Source: Candidatus Micrarchaeota archaeon
GTDB taxonomy: Archaea; Micrarchaeota; Micrarchaeia; Anstonellales; Bilamarchaeaceae
Reading direction: 5' to 3'
NCBI GenBank assembly: GCA_964434735.1
Contig: CAYSWK010000001.1
Location: 2,537-66,536, forward strand
DNA length: 64,000 nucleotides
Position 1 is the first letter of the stretch; the number at the start of each line of letters is the position of its first letter. Shown piece after piece: positions 29,678 through 39,301 of the stretch. Position numbers and translations under genes: made by a program. The notes beneath the pieces are model-generated. The model was given only the letters and a program-made list of their open reading frames with translations, had not been told where the DNA came from and ran no database searches.

Positions 29678-30025
29678 ATGCAAAAAGAAATGATCATCCT
29701 ATTTGGGATTATTATCCTGGCGGCAATTGCATTCGTAATGGTGCAAGGGACTGATACTATGGCGCGTTCAACAACATTTGAAGGAATTGCACAAAATGCA
29801 AAAGGTGGAGCAGTACTTATTACTCCTGACAAAGTCATTTACCTCAAAGGATGGGACTCGTGGCCTGATGACTCGACACTTGGAAAGAAAGTCAAAGTCT
29901 CTGGAGTTCTAAAACAAGAGCAGTACTTACAAGAGGCAATTGTTGATGAAAAAGGCGCCATAAGTCAGGGAACAGATGGACCTTCGATGGATTACGTGCT
30001 TTATAACCCCGTTGTAAAGAAATAA
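29678..30025 (+). CDS. Small membrane-anchored hypothetical protein
   Basis: N-terminal TM helix followed by a soluble domain of about 90 aa. Confidence 0.3.
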   Translation: MQKEMIILFGIIILAAIAFVMVQGTDTMARSTTFEGIAQNAKGGAVLITPDKVIYLKGWDSWPDDSTLGKKVKVSGVLKQEQYLQEAIVDEKGAISQGTDGPSMDYVLYNPVVKK

Positions 30026-30026
30026 T

Positions 30027-30641
30027 TTAATTTTTTAAAATAATTCTCCCCAACCTAATCATATCGCTTCCTTCTTTAATCGCTTCAATATAATCCTCAC
30101 TCATGCCCATTGACGTTTTAAGGAGATATTTTTGCGCAAGAGACTTGAGGGTTTTGAAACAGGCACGTTTATCCCCTTCAATTGTTCCAAGAGTCATAAG
30201 ACCAAGAAGCTTAATGTTTGGAAGCAACCTAGCATGAGAAATAAGGGCGCCAAGTTCATCAAGTATTATTCCCGTCTGATTTTTATTATCATCAAGCTTT
30301 ACTTGCAGATAAATATCGACAGTTACGCCTTCTTCTCCCGCAACTTTTGATATTTTTTCAAGCAAGACCTTGGAATCAACACTTTGGATCGTTCCAAACA
30401 ATTTTATGGCATCACGAACCTTATTTCGTTGTAAATGACCAATAAGATGGTAACGTTCACGCGGGATTTTTACCGTACGTTCATGTGCTTGCTTAACATA
30501 ATTCTCGCCAAACAAAAGGGTTTTGTCTGCCGCAAGAAGTTCCTGTATCTGCGCATCGTTTGCATACTTACAGGCAAAAAGAATACTAACTAAAGAAGAA
30601 ATTGAATGACGAAAAGAAAAGTATTTTTCTGATAAAGACAT
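30027..30641 (-). CDS. YggS/PROSC-family pyridoxal-phosphate homeostasis protein
   Basis: LIGHLQRNK (PLP-Lys region) and an alanine-racemase-N-like fold of about 204 aa. Confidence 0.75.
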   Translation of the reverse strand: MSLSEKYFSFRHSISSLVSILFACKYANDAQIQELLAADKTLLFGENYVKQAHERTVKIPRERYHLIGHLQRNKVRDAIKLFGTIQSVDSKVLLEKISKVAGEEGVTVDIYLQVKLDDNKNQTGIILDELGALISHARLLPNIKLLGLMTLGTIEGDKRACFKTLKSLAQKYLLKTSMGMSEDYIEAIKEGSDMIRLGRIILKN

Positions 30642-30647
30642 GTTCGA

Positions 30648-31211
30648 TCAAAGCTTTCCGACCAGGTCTAAACCCGGTTTAAGTGTCGTTTTACCTGGCT
30701 CCCAGCTTGCAGGACATACGTTGCCACCATGTTCACGTACAAACTTTGCAGCTTGCAATTTTCTAATGATTTCCTTGGTGCTCCTCCCTATAGAGTTGTC
30801 GTGAACATCCATCGCTTTCAAGACGCCGTCAGGATCAATGATCAACGTTGCACGTAAGGAAAGACCTTCGTTTTCAATATACGTGCCAAAGGTTTTACAA
30901 ATAATCCCCGTAGGATCTGCTGCCATAGGATAATTGATTTTCTTAATAGATGGAGAACTATCATGCCATGCCTTGTGCGCATAAACCGTATCCGTGCTTA
31001 CGCTTATTACCTCGGCACCAAGTTTTTTTACTTCGTCGTACTGGCTTGCCATTTCGGTAAGTTCGGTTGGACAAACAAAGGTAAAATCTGCAGGATAAAA
31101 AAGTAAAATGAGCCATTTTCCAGCGTAATCTGAAAAATTTACTTTTTTTGTTTCTTCATTATGATAAATGTCTGCCCCTAAATTTGGAATTTTTTCACCA
31201 ATTTGAATCAT
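30648..31211 (-). CDS. Peroxiredoxin (AhpC/TSA family)
   Basis: FTFVCPTE peroxidatic-Cys motif; 187 aa. Confidence 0.9.
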   Translation of the reverse strand: MIQIGEKIPNLGADIYHNEETKKVNFSDYAGKWLILLFYPADFTFVCPTELTEMASQYDEVKKLGAEVISVSTDTVYAHKAWHDSSPSIKKINYPMAADPTGIICKTFGTYIENEGLSLRATLIIDPDGVLKAMDVHDNSIGRSTKEIIRKLQAAKFVREHGGNVCPASWEPGKTTLKPGLDLVGKL

Positions 31212-31266
31212 TTTTTCACCGTAGTATAACTATATGAAATAATTTAATAAGGGAACAATTTTTTTC

Positions 31267-31548
31267 TTAATTCCAGGTATTATTCAACCGACATTGCGCA
31301 ACAGTAAATGAATTGTTCTTGAAATATTCTTGGCAACGAGTACTATGAATATATGTCGTAAGGAACTGCCCGCATATTGCAGCGCCCTCACCAACTCCAA
31401 CGGGGCTTTGACTGAAAGAATAAACGCATTCTTCGCAACAGCTGATAGGTGAAAATGATCCGTCGTACGAATCAGGCATTTCCTTGGAACCAAGACATCC
31501 AAAAAGGATAAACGCCAATATGATGAAAAGTATCGATTTCATAACCAT
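31267..31548 (-). CDS. Small secreted Cys-rich protein
   Basis: Signal peptide plus lipobox-like GCLG and 8 Cys in 70 mature residues. Confidence 0.35.
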   Translation of the reverse strand: MVMKSILFIILAFILFGCLGSKEMPDSYDGSFSPISCCEECVYSFSQSPVGVGEGAAICGQFLTTYIHSTRCQEYFKNNSFTVAQCRLNNTWN

Positions 31549-31551
31549 GCC

Positions 31552-32385
31552 TCACAATGAATCATAGTAGTTCTTCAAAATCAACGCATCCTCTTCAAGC
31601 ACCGGAGATTCAACCGTGACACAACCGGCAACGGAATAGTCCTTCAGCGCCTTCATAAGGTCCTTATAGTTCCAGGAAGGATCTTCTTGAATAGAAAGAT
31701 GATTCTTCTCGCCCTTATCACCATAATTAACTCCTTGTATGTGCAAGTGCATCTCCTTAAGTGCGGTTTTTCCAAGCCCTTTTTCGACCACGTCAAGCGC
31801 CTTGCAATACTCATCGTAAGAGTTTACCCTTCCGTTCGTAGTTGCACGCATATGGGAAAAATCAATGCAAGGAAGCACCTGGTCAAATTCGGATGAAAAT
31901 TGCACAAGCTCCTCAAGCGTGCCAAATTGGGCATGCTTTCCTGCGGTTTCAGGACGAATCCATACGTCGATTCCATGATTCTTGCAGTCTTGGACAACAA
32001 GGCCAATTTCCTTTTTTACACGCGCATAAACCTGTTCCTTGCTCGAATCGAGTCGAAATGCAGAATGAACACAAACCGAATAGCCTCCAGACCATGAAAG
32101 CGCCTGCGCAGCGGCAAACAAACGTTGGCGTGATGCGGAACGTTTCTCGTCTTCCGGTGAGTTAAGATTAATGAAATAGGAGGCGTGTGCAGTCAATTTG
32201 ACACCCAATTCCTCTGCCGTCTTCTTGATAATGGGTGCCTTTTCCTTTGAAATGTTCACATTACGGACAAACTCAAGCTCCATCGAACCTAAACCAAGTT
32301 TTTTGATAGTTCGGATACCGTTTTCCGTATCGCGAGGCTCAGTGCAAAGAGGTATTCCGCCAGTTCCAAAATAAAGCTTATCCAT
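31552..32385 (-). CDS. nfo: Endonuclease IV (AP endonuclease family 2)
   Basis: Xylose-isomerase-like TIM barrel: AHASYFINL, CVHSAF, IDFSHM and HLHIQG motifs match metal-binding His/Asp/Glu of Nfo. Confidence 0.8.
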   Translation of the reverse strand: MDKLYFGTGGIPLCTEPRDTENGIRTIKKLGLGSMELEFVRNVNISKEKAPIIKKTAEELGVKLTAHASYFINLNSPEDEKRSASRQRLFAAAQALSWSGGYSVCVHSAFRLDSSKEQVYARVKKEIGLVVQDCKNHGIDVWIRPETAGKHAQFGTLEELVQFSSEFDQVLPCIDFSHMRATTNGRVNSYDEYCKALDVVEKGLGKTALKEMHLHIQGVNYGDKGEKNHLSIQEDPSWNYKDLMKALKDYSVAGCVTVESPVLEEDALILKNYYDSL

Positions 32386-32415
32386 AAAGAGTATAAAAAA
32401 AGAAAGAATAAAGAC

Positions 32416-33645
32416 TTACTTCCGTGGTTTCTCTTGGGTTGAAGGAACGTTCGTATCCTTTTTCCTGATAAACGAATACGCCTTCTTTGCGATTACAACT
32501 ATGACGCCAAGCGGAATGAGAAGACCAAGAAGACCTACGATCGCCATGATGCCTATTGAAAACGCCCCAAAGAACAATTCTCCAAGGCTATCTAACGGTA
32601 AGAAGAAACTTCTTTGAACTTCCGGTTTTTCCTCGACAAGGCGTACGGAAATAATGGATTCTTTCGGCCGATTTTCCGCATTGATATTCGTAGTAAGTTG
32701 TTTTACTTCTCCAAGCGTCCTTAAACTCTCAAGAGTGCCCTCAAGAGATGAAAAAGGAACGCTCAAAAGAATTTCATAATGCTTCTCATACGTATTGTCG
32801 CTAAATTGAAGAGAAGTTATTTTGCCATTCTTTGAGGAGACTATTCCCTTAAGGGATTGAAGCTTTTCTTCAATAGTTCCCTCCTTGACTTTTAATGACA
32901 CTTGCGCTTCTTGGCTTTCAGGAACCCCTACATAGGAATAAAGTTCAAGAACCACCGTTGACTTTGAGATTCTTCCTTCAAGACTTTGCTTTTGGCTCGT
33001 AAGAATTTCCAAATCTGAGGTAACTCGTGAAATCTCCTTTTCAACGGCTAAAAGACCTTCTACATCTTCAGTTTGATTAAACAGAACATAGAGTCTTTCA
33101 AGTTCCACTTTTTTATTCTTAAGCCGGATATCTAAATCAACATATTCACGCGTTACATCCTGAACTTGCACGTTCAAGTCAGTAACATCGCCTAAAACGG
33201 AAAGTTCCTGAAGCATCGAATCGAAGGAGTCGGGTACAATTTTAAACGTAAGAACATACGTTTGAGTTCCATAATACTCATTATAATAAACGGAAGTCGT
33301 TTGTGCACCTTTTGAAGATAATATTGATTTTGCACGTACAAGGGAAGATTCAAGCGTTCCTGAATCTACTTTAACCCTAACAGTCCCTTCTTTAGTCTGG
33401 TATGTCCCTTCATCTACGGCCGGAACGATAGAAGGTGCGGCTTCTCGCATAGGCATATCTTGCGTAACATAAACTCCAGAACTGTCAGAAGGCATCATCC
33501 CGCCTTGTTTAGCCATCATGGGCCCATCAGAATCATAATACACGGATTCAACATTTGACGGTGAACCTCCTGATTGAATTGAAGTACAACCTCCAAGAAG
33601 CAAAAATAAGGCAAGCAAACCGAAAATGTGGTGAGTGAGTTTCAT
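32416..33645 (-). CDS. Lipoprotein with coiled-coil region and C-terminal TM anchor (DUF4349-like)
   Basis: Lipobox LLLGGC, long coiled-coil (LKNKKVELERLYVLF...), C-terminal TM IGIMAIVGLLGLLIPLGVIVVIA. Confidence 0.45.
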   Translation of the reverse strand: MKLTHHIFGLLALFLLLGGCTSIQSGGSPSNVESVYYDSDGPMMAKQGGMMPSDSSGVYVTQDMPMREAAPSIVPAVDEGTYQTKEGTVRVKVDSGTLESSLVRAKSILSSKGAQTTSVYYNEYYGTQTYVLTFKIVPDSFDSMLQELSVLGDVTDLNVQVQDVTREYVDLDIRLKNKKVELERLYVLFNQTEDVEGLLAVEKEISRVTSDLEILTSQKQSLEGRISKSTVVLELYSYVGVPESQEAQVSLKVKEGTIEEKLQSLKGIVSSKNGKITSLQFSDNTYEKHYEILLSVPFSSLEGTLESLRTLGEVKQLTTNINAENRPKESIISVRLVEEKPEVQRSFFLPLDSLGELFFGAFSIGIMAIVGLLGLLIPLGVIVVIAKKAYSFIRKKDTNVPSTQEKPRK

Positions 33646-33714
33646 AAGGAAACTAATCTCTCCAAGTATTAAAACCTCTCATATTTGGTAAGGAAACGGC
33701 CTTGGCAAGAAAAA

Positions 33715-34146
33715 TTATGCGCCGCCGTATCCTTTATGGGTTTTATGAAGGATGTAATTTTTTGATTCAAGAACCCCAAAGCAAATAAGCGTGCTTACAA
33801 GAACATAATTCCATAAATGGAGCCCCACCAGAATACCAATTGCCGCAGTTACCCAAATGGTTGCGGCAGTTGTAAGCCCCGTAAGCTTGTTATTGTCCTT
33901 CCAAACAACTCCCAAACCAAGAAAACCAATGCCCGAAACAATTTGGGCAACAACACGCATCGGGTCGGAACCAGGGGAATTTGAGGAAACGGAAATGAGC
34001 GTAAAAAGCGTCGAACCAAGTGAAATGAGAATGAAGGTGCGAAGACCGGCCTGCTTTTTTCTTCGAGTATAACCAATTAAAGAACCAACAAGCAAAGATA
34101 CGAGCAATGGCAATGATTCTAAGAGAGATAAATCTTCCATATCCAT
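33715..34146 (-). CDS. MgtC/SapB-family membrane protein
   Basis: 143 aa, 4 TM; AGLRTFILISLGSTLF and AATIWVTAAIG resemble the MgtC N-domain. Confidence 0.65.
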   Translation of the reverse strand: MDMEDLSLLESLPLLVSLLVGSLIGYTRRKKQAGLRTFILISLGSTLFTLISVSSNSPGSDPMRVVAQIVSGIGFLGLGVVWKDNNKLTGLTTAATIWVTAAIGILVGLHLWNYVLVSTLICFGVLESKNYILHKTHKGYGGA

Positions 34147-34201
34147 TTTTTAAAAGAAAGAAAATAAAAAGGAGTGGGGAGAAGATATCTTACTGATGAT
34201 T

Positions 34202-35446
34202 ATGCCTAAGCTTACACCTAAAGGAATGCGCGACTTTTTGCCTGAAGAAATGATTTTCAGGGAAGAGATAATCCAAAAAATAACAAAAGTTTACCAGCGA
34301 TATGGGTTTGTACCGCTTGAAACGCCTGCAATGGAGTATAAGGATACGCTTGCGGCAAAAGCAGGCGAAGCAATTAAACGCGAAATCTTTCTTATTGAAG
34401 GTGGAGAATACGGGCTCAGGTTCGATTTGACCGTTCCTTTGGCACGTGTTGCTGCAACAAATGCATTTGCAAAACCATTCAAAAGATACTGCATCTCACG
34501 AGTTTGGCGGCACGAAGAACCCCAAAAGGGGCGCTTTAGGGAATTTTGGCAATGCGATGCGGACATTATTGGTACGCCTTCAATGAAAGCAGAGGTTGAG
34601 CTTATACGCTGTGCGGTTGATGCACTTAATGAAATCGGCTTTGAAAAACCAACGATCCTCATCAACAACCGCAAGATCATGAATGGCCTTGCCGAAAAAC
34701 TCAATGTCCACGACAAGCTTGATGAACTCCTTAGGATAATAGATAAAATAGACAAACTGGGCGAAAAGGGGGTTCGTGAGCACTTAGCAGAACACTTCTC
34801 AAAAGAAGTTATTGACCAGGTATTCAAGCTCATAAAAACAACAGGCTCAAACGAGGAAAAGTTGAAAAACGCAAAAGTACTCAGCGAAGAAGGTGCAAAA
34901 GAACTCGAAGAAATCCTCAATCTTACAAAGGGAATTAATATGGTACTTGACCTTTCGCTCGTACGCGGGTTGGGATATTATACGGGTCCCGTATTCGAAA
35001 TAAAATTAAGCGATGAAATAGGTTCATGTGGCGGTGGAGGAAGGTATGACAACCTCTTAAGCACCTACGGCCAAGGAGACTGTGCAACGGGAATTTCATT
35101 AGGTCTTGAACGGATCCTCTATTTACTCAATGAGAGGAAACAGGAAACTAAAAAGACGTTTACAAAGCTGTTCATAGCCCCGGTAAAACCAGAATTGTTT
35201 GGCGAATGTGAAAAACTTGCACATGTACTTAGGAAAGCTGGGATACCGACCGAAGTGGATATCAATGAGCGTAACCTCAAAAAACAACTTGAATATGCAA
35301 ATGCAATGGGGATTCAATTTGTTGTAGTCGTCGGTGAAAAGGAAATCCAATCAAAAAAATATGCGCTCAAAAATATGAAGGATGGGAAATCAACCGATGC
35401 GACCCTTGAGCAGGTCAAACAGGAATTGCTCAAACACTGTGAATAG
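34202..35446 (+). CDS. hisS: Histidyl-tRNA synthetase
   Basis: Class II motifs: GMRDFLPEE (motif 1 region), FQCDADIIG (motif 2 region), GGGGRYDNL (motif 3); C-terminal anticodon-binding domain. Confidence 0.9.
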   Translation: MPKLTPKGMRDFLPEEMIFREEIIQKITKVYQRYGFVPLETPAMEYKDTLAAKAGEAIKREIFLIEGGEYGLRFDLTVPLARVAATNAFAKPFKRYCISRVWRHEEPQKGRFREFWQCDADIIGTPSMKAEVELIRCAVDALNEIGFEKPTILINNRKIMNGLAEKLNVHDKLDELLRIIDKIDKLGEKGVREHLAEHFSKEVIDQVFKLIKTTGSNEEKLKNAKVLSEEGAKELEEILNLTKGINMVLDLSLVRGLGYYTGPVFEIKLSDEIGSCGGGGRYDNLLSTYGQGDCATGISLGLERILYLLNERKQETKKTFTKLFIAPVKPELFGECEKLAHVLRKAGIPTEVDINERNLKKQLEYANAMGIQFVVVVGEKEIQSKKYALKNMKDGKSTDATLEQVKQELLKHCE

Positions 35447-35447
35447 C

Positions 35448-35942
35448 ATGGACATACCTAAAATATATCTCAAAGACAAGCAAGCGTGGAAAAAAGAAAA
35501 AGGGATCATGCAAATAATGGGCAAGGCAGTTGACGTATGCAAAAATCTTGCAAAGGAACAGTACAAACTGGTCCATATTCTTGATATGGATGCAAAAAAA
35601 GGAATGTACACAAACTCCGATGTGTATGACACGCTTACGTATTTCATCCATGTACAGGTAGAAGGCTTTCTTGAGGAAAAAATAATCGACAAGCTTCTTT
35701 CTTATGACGTACGAGTAGTAATTGAATTGCCAGCAAAAATACAACTTCTCAAATGGGAAAATAAACAAAAATTCCTTGTAGGACGCGTGCTTGAAAAAAC
35801 AGAAATTCCTAAAGAAATAGGAGATGTGATCGTATCAACTAAGGAACTTCTTGAATGGGTGCGAAAGGAACATCCAAAAAAGCGCATAATCTGGGATGGA
35901 AAGGAAAAAATGCAAAAAGTGTTTGGCACAATTATGGATTAA
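35448..35942 (+). CDS. Degenerate HisA-like protein (truncated, probably non-catalytic paralog)
   Basis: MDIPKIYLKDKQAWKKEKG and LVHILDMDAKKG parallel HisA IPAIDLLDGNCVRLLKG and LVHIVDLNGAFDG in this same window. The catalytic Asp is replaced (IYL), and the protein has only 164 aa. Confidence 0.4.
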   Translation: MDIPKIYLKDKQAWKKEKGIMQIMGKAVDVCKNLAKEQYKLVHILDMDAKKGMYTNSDVYDTLTYFIHVQVEGFLEEKIIDKLLSYDVRVVIELPAKIQLLKWENKQKFLVGRVLEKTEIPKEIGDVIVSTKELLEWVRKEHPKKRIIWDGKEKMQKVFGTIMD

Positions 35943-36630
35943 CAGTAAATCCGTTGTTATCTATACTTGCAGGGTGTATTTTTGACGAGTGTTGCATCCC
36001 TTTTAACTTAAGGATTTCTACTGCACGAGATCGCTCCTTACCTCTGCCGCCATACAAATAGTAAATGTGGATCCACGCATCCGAGAAAGTTTCAATCCCA
36101 TATTTAGTATCTGGAAGCACATCTTGAGTAGTTGCAGGCGTATCCTCTGAAATGATAAGTGTAGTTGCGTTCCATTTCCTTAAGTTTTCCATAAGCTTAA
36201 GGAATCCCCGTTTACGCTCATCGTCATTTGAGAAATATACTGCCAAAGGCATTACGGAATCAATGACGACTCTGCGCACACCAAGCGTTTGGATGATTTC
36301 CTGGATTGCATTATTTTGATTCAGGAACTGGTCAACCTCATAAATAGGATAGTCTAGGAACATAAGAAGCTTGCTTTTTTCAAGCTTTTCAAGGTCCCAC
36401 GAATAGCCACTCATGTGGAACATAAGCGTTTCACGCGATTCTTCAATAGTGATGTAAAGGCCAGGTTCCTTGAACTTGGTCGCTCCTGCGACAAGGAATT
36501 GCATGGCAAACGTACTCTTGCCGCAGCCGGTCGATCCGCTCACCGTAACGATTGAATTTCTTAAAATGCCGCCTCCAAGAACGTCATCAAGACCAGTAAT
36601 TCCCGTTTTGAGAAGCTCGCGTGTAAGCAT
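35932..36630 (-). CDS. KaiC-like RecA-superfamily ATPase (single domain)
   Basis: GITGLDDVLGGGILRNSIVTVSGSTGCGKSTF Walker A and VVIDSV Walker B; the start is taken at MLTRELL. Confidence 0.7.
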   Translation of the reverse strand: MLTRELLKTGITGLDDVLGGGILRNSIVTVSGSTGCGKSTFAMQFLVAGATKFKEPGLYITIEESRETLMFHMSGYSWDLEKLEKSKLLMFLDYPIYEVDQFLNQNNAIQEIIQTLGVRRVVIDSVMPLAVYFSNDDERKRGFLKLMENLRKWNATTLIISEDTPATTQDVLPDTKYGIETFSDAWIHIYYLYGGRGKERSRAVEILKLKGMQHSSKIHPASIDNNGFTVNP

Positions 36631-36634
36631 ACAT

Positions 36635-37117
36635 TCACCGTGACAAGATCTTTTCGCCAAGTTTAAGGCGGTTTTCAAGCGTTTTTTTGTATACCTCGAG
36701 TTCGTCTTTTGATGAAATCTTGGTAAGAATATGGCGCTTATAATCAAACGTCGTAGTGGAAATAAACAAAAGAAGGTCGTGCACCTCATTAAGCTTAAGG
36801 TGAATTGAGTCGGGCTTTTGTATTTCAAGGGAAATAGGGCTATACGTTGCACATATGCGTGCAAGGGACTGGAAATCACTCACCAAAACTTTTGCCTCGA
36901 TTGAGCTTGAAAATACGTCGCCAGTTGCAACAGGCTCATCTATTTCGCCAAGAACGGAAATGACGCCAGGCTCCTTAAGAAGGGTTTGGATAAACCCTGC
37001 AGAGAGATTTTGGATCGTTTCCTTTGAATTCCCATCAATTGCAAAAAAGAGCTTTGCAAGGACTCCCCCTTTCTTGATGGTGTCCTGAGTGAGCTTTTCG
37101 ATTGAATGTGACATCAA
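36635..37117 (-). CDS. Hypothetical protein co-transcribed with the KaiC-like ATPase
   Basis: 160 aa; its stop is 4 nt before the KaiC-like start; no family recognised. Confidence 0.35.
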   Translation of the reverse strand: MMSHSIEKLTQDTIKKGGVLAKLFFAIDGNSKETIQNLSAGFIQTLLKEPGVISVLGEIDEPVATGDVFSSSIEAKVLVSDFQSLARICATYSPISLEIQKPDSIHLKLNEVHDLLLFISTTTFDYKRHILTKISSKDELEVYKKTLENRLKLGEKILSR

Positions 37118-37177
37118 CTATAGCTCACAACCAATGTTTAAGAACATTCCCAGGTCAAACTAGTATAGGTAGAACTT

Positions 37178-38122
37178 ATGACATCATCTGTTGATCTTAG
37201 AAGAACAAAAGAACGTTTTCTCTCAAAAGCAAGAGTTCAGGTTCAGGAAGCATTCATGAGCAGGGATATGCTGCTTGGGCACGTATCAAAAACGCTTGTC
37301 GATTTGGACAAGATAATCCATCAAATGTCCGAACGCCTTGAGGAATGGTATGCAATTTATTTCCCGGAACTCAAGCACGAAGACCCCATCAAATTTGCAC
37401 GACTTGTATTGGCAATAGATCGGGAAAACATCTCAAAGGAAAAATTAATGCAATTGGTAAGCGACAAAAAAGCAGATGAAATTGTTGCAAAAAATGCATC
37501 AAGTATCGGTGCGAAAATAAAGGAAGGCGACCGAGTAAAGATCCAGGAACTCGCGCAGTCAATAATTGAGCTTGATTCGCTTCGCGTAAGATTTGGAAAA
37601 TACCAAGAAGAGCTTGCACAAGACATTTGCCCCAATATGACTCACTTAGTAGGTGCAGATGTTGCAGCACGACTTGTTGCACGCATCGGCAATCTCAAAA
37701 GGCTTGCCGTGCTTCCCGCAAGCACTTTGCAGGTTATCGGAGCCGAAAAGGCATTGTTTTTGCACCTTAAGAGCAAACGCAAAATCGCACCTCCAAAACA
37801 CGGGATTATCTTCCAGTTCTCAAAAATTTCTTCGGCACCACGAAGCGTACGGGGTAAAATATCCCGGCTTATTTCAAACAAGCTTGCAATTGCAAGCAAG
37901 GCCGACTACTTTACCAAAAACTTCATTGCGCCCGATTTAAAAAAGAACTTTGAAGAGCATTATTCAAAAATTATGGCAGGCTGGGAGAAAAACAAGAATT
38001 CCCCCGTCCAACGCGCAAAGGACCAGGAACCCGAACGTGACAACCGTGAAGGTTTCCAAAGAAGGCCCCCCATGCGTGACAATCGGCCCGGCAAAAAGCC
38101 CTTCTTCAACAAGAGACGATGA
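37178..38122 (+). CDS. Nop5/Nop56/58-family protein (NOP domain), lacking the usual N-terminal fibrillarin-binding domain
   Basis: NOP domain THLVGADVAARLVARIGNLKRLAVLPASTLQVIGAEKALFLHLKS...RGKISRLISNKLAIASKADYF with a basic KKE/R tail. At 314 aa it is about 90 aa shorter than archaeal Nop5. Confidence 0.7.
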   Translation: MTSSVDLRRTKERFLSKARVQVQEAFMSRDMLLGHVSKTLVDLDKIIHQMSERLEEWYAIYFPELKHEDPIKFARLVLAIDRENISKEKLMQLVSDKKADEIVAKNASSIGAKIKEGDRVKIQELAQSIIELDSLRVRFGKYQEELAQDICPNMTHLVGADVAARLVARIGNLKRLAVLPASTLQVIGAEKALFLHLKSKRKIAPPKHGIIFQFSKISSAPRSVRGKISRLISNKLAIASKADYFTKNFIAPDLKKNFEEHYSKIMAGWEKNKNSPVQRAKDQEPERDNREGFQRRPPMRDNRPGKKPFFNKRR

Positions 38123-38766
38123 ATAACTATCGTATCAAATTTCTTCTTTTTTCAGATATTCACGACGATGAGGAAGCACTTGCTAGGCTGATTCTTACTT
38201 CAAAAAAAGAAAAAGTAGATGCTGTGTTATGCTGCGGAGACATAACGGGAAATTCACGCTGGTTTGCTGAAAAAACCTGCACTTCTTTTGAGGCCCCGTT
38301 CTTTTTTGTACCCGGAAACAACGAGGAACCAGAAATCCTCTTAGAGCTTGACAAATACGAAGGAAACTTGCACGGCAAGGAAAAAACATTTACAAGCATA
38401 CTGCTCACCGGGTTTGGATTTAGCAACCTTACTCCATATCATACACCTAATGAACTTACGGAAGCAGACCTTGCAAAACAGCTTAACAGTCTAAAGGTAG
38501 ACTCCAGCACCGTCTTTCTTGGGCACTGCCCTCCATTTGGTTTTTTTGACATCGCTCATGGAAAACACGCAGGAAGCGCTGCAGTCCGGGCATTTATAGA
38601 AACAAAACAGCCTCTTGCCTATTTATGCGGCCATGTACATGCCGAATCAGGCATTTCAAAAATAGGGCAAACGACAATAATAAAAATTCCCGCAGCATGC
38701 CTGTATAAGTATGCAATTCTTGAGATTGAAAACGGCAAATGCTCCGTGAGGTTTAAAACGCTATGA
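38119..38766 (+). CDS. Calcineurin-like metallophosphoesterase
   Basis: SDIHDD, GDITG, GNNE, GHCPP and GHVH metal-binding motifs in canonical order. Confidence 0.75.
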   Translation: MNNYRIKFLLFSDIHDDEEALARLILTSKKEKVDAVLCCGDITGNSRWFAEKTCTSFEAPFFFVPGNNEEPEILLELDKYEGNLHGKEKTFTSILLTGFGFSNLTPYHTPNELTEADLAKQLNSLKVDSSTVFLGHCPPFGFFDIAHGKHAGSAAVRAFIETKQPLAYLCGHVHAESGISKIGQTTIIKIPAACLYKYAILEIENGKCSVRFKTL

Positions 38767-39146
38767 AAATACGGCAAGCGCACGCACATGAGGACGCAAA
38801 AGTCCGTGCGCTTATAACTCGCATTTTTCCCAAATCAAAAATTATAATACGTGCTCAAGATTATGTATATCTGGCACAAAATGGCAAAACGTGCCTTGGA
38901 TTTATCCATATTCGCATAACGCGCAAAATAATTATCATACAAGGAATCGGCGTCCTGCCACCATACCGCAAACAGGGGATTGCCTCAAAACTTCTTGAAT
39001 TTATAAAACGAAAATTTCCCGACTCACAGGTGCGGCTTAAAGTCAAAAGTACAAATCCGGCAACACACGTATATTTTCGTGCAGGGATGATGCCGGTCAA
39101 AACAAACGGCAAAATACACGTTGTTGCATACAAGAAAAACAATTAA
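38763..39146 (+). CDS. GNAT-family N-acetyltransferase
   Basis: QGIGVLPPYRKQGIASKLL acetyl-CoA-binding motif A; 127 aa. Confidence 0.65.
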   Translation: MKIRQAHAHEDAKVRALITRIFPKSKIIIRAQDYVYLAQNGKTCLGFIHIRITRKIIIIQGIGVLPPYRKQGIASKLLEFIKRKFPDSQVRLKVKSTNPATHVYFRAGMMPVKTNGKIHVVAYKKNN

Positions 39147-39155
39147 AAAATAAAA

Positions 39156-39239
39156 CACCGAGGGAGAGATTTGAACTCTCGAACGCTTACGCGCAACAGG
39201 TTAGCAACCTGCCGCCATACCGGGCTAGGCGACCTCGGT
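39156..39239 (-). tRNA. tRNA-Ser (anticodon GCU), type II with long variable arm
   Basis: The reverse complement folds to a 7-bp acceptor ACCGAGG/CCUCGGU, anticodon stem GCAGG/CCUGU with loop UUGCUAA, a long variable arm, and T-arm GAGAG-UUCAAAU-CUCUC. Confidence 0.7.
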
Positions 39240-39301
39240 TTAGAATAAGTAAAAAGAAGTATTGTTCAATGATTTTAAAAATACGTAATAAATAAAAAAA
39301 G

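Noticed and set aside
34291-34920. 209-aa minus-strand ORF inside hisS
   Set aside because: It is antisense to histidyl-tRNA synthetase. The Ser-rich low-complexity sequence is an artefact.
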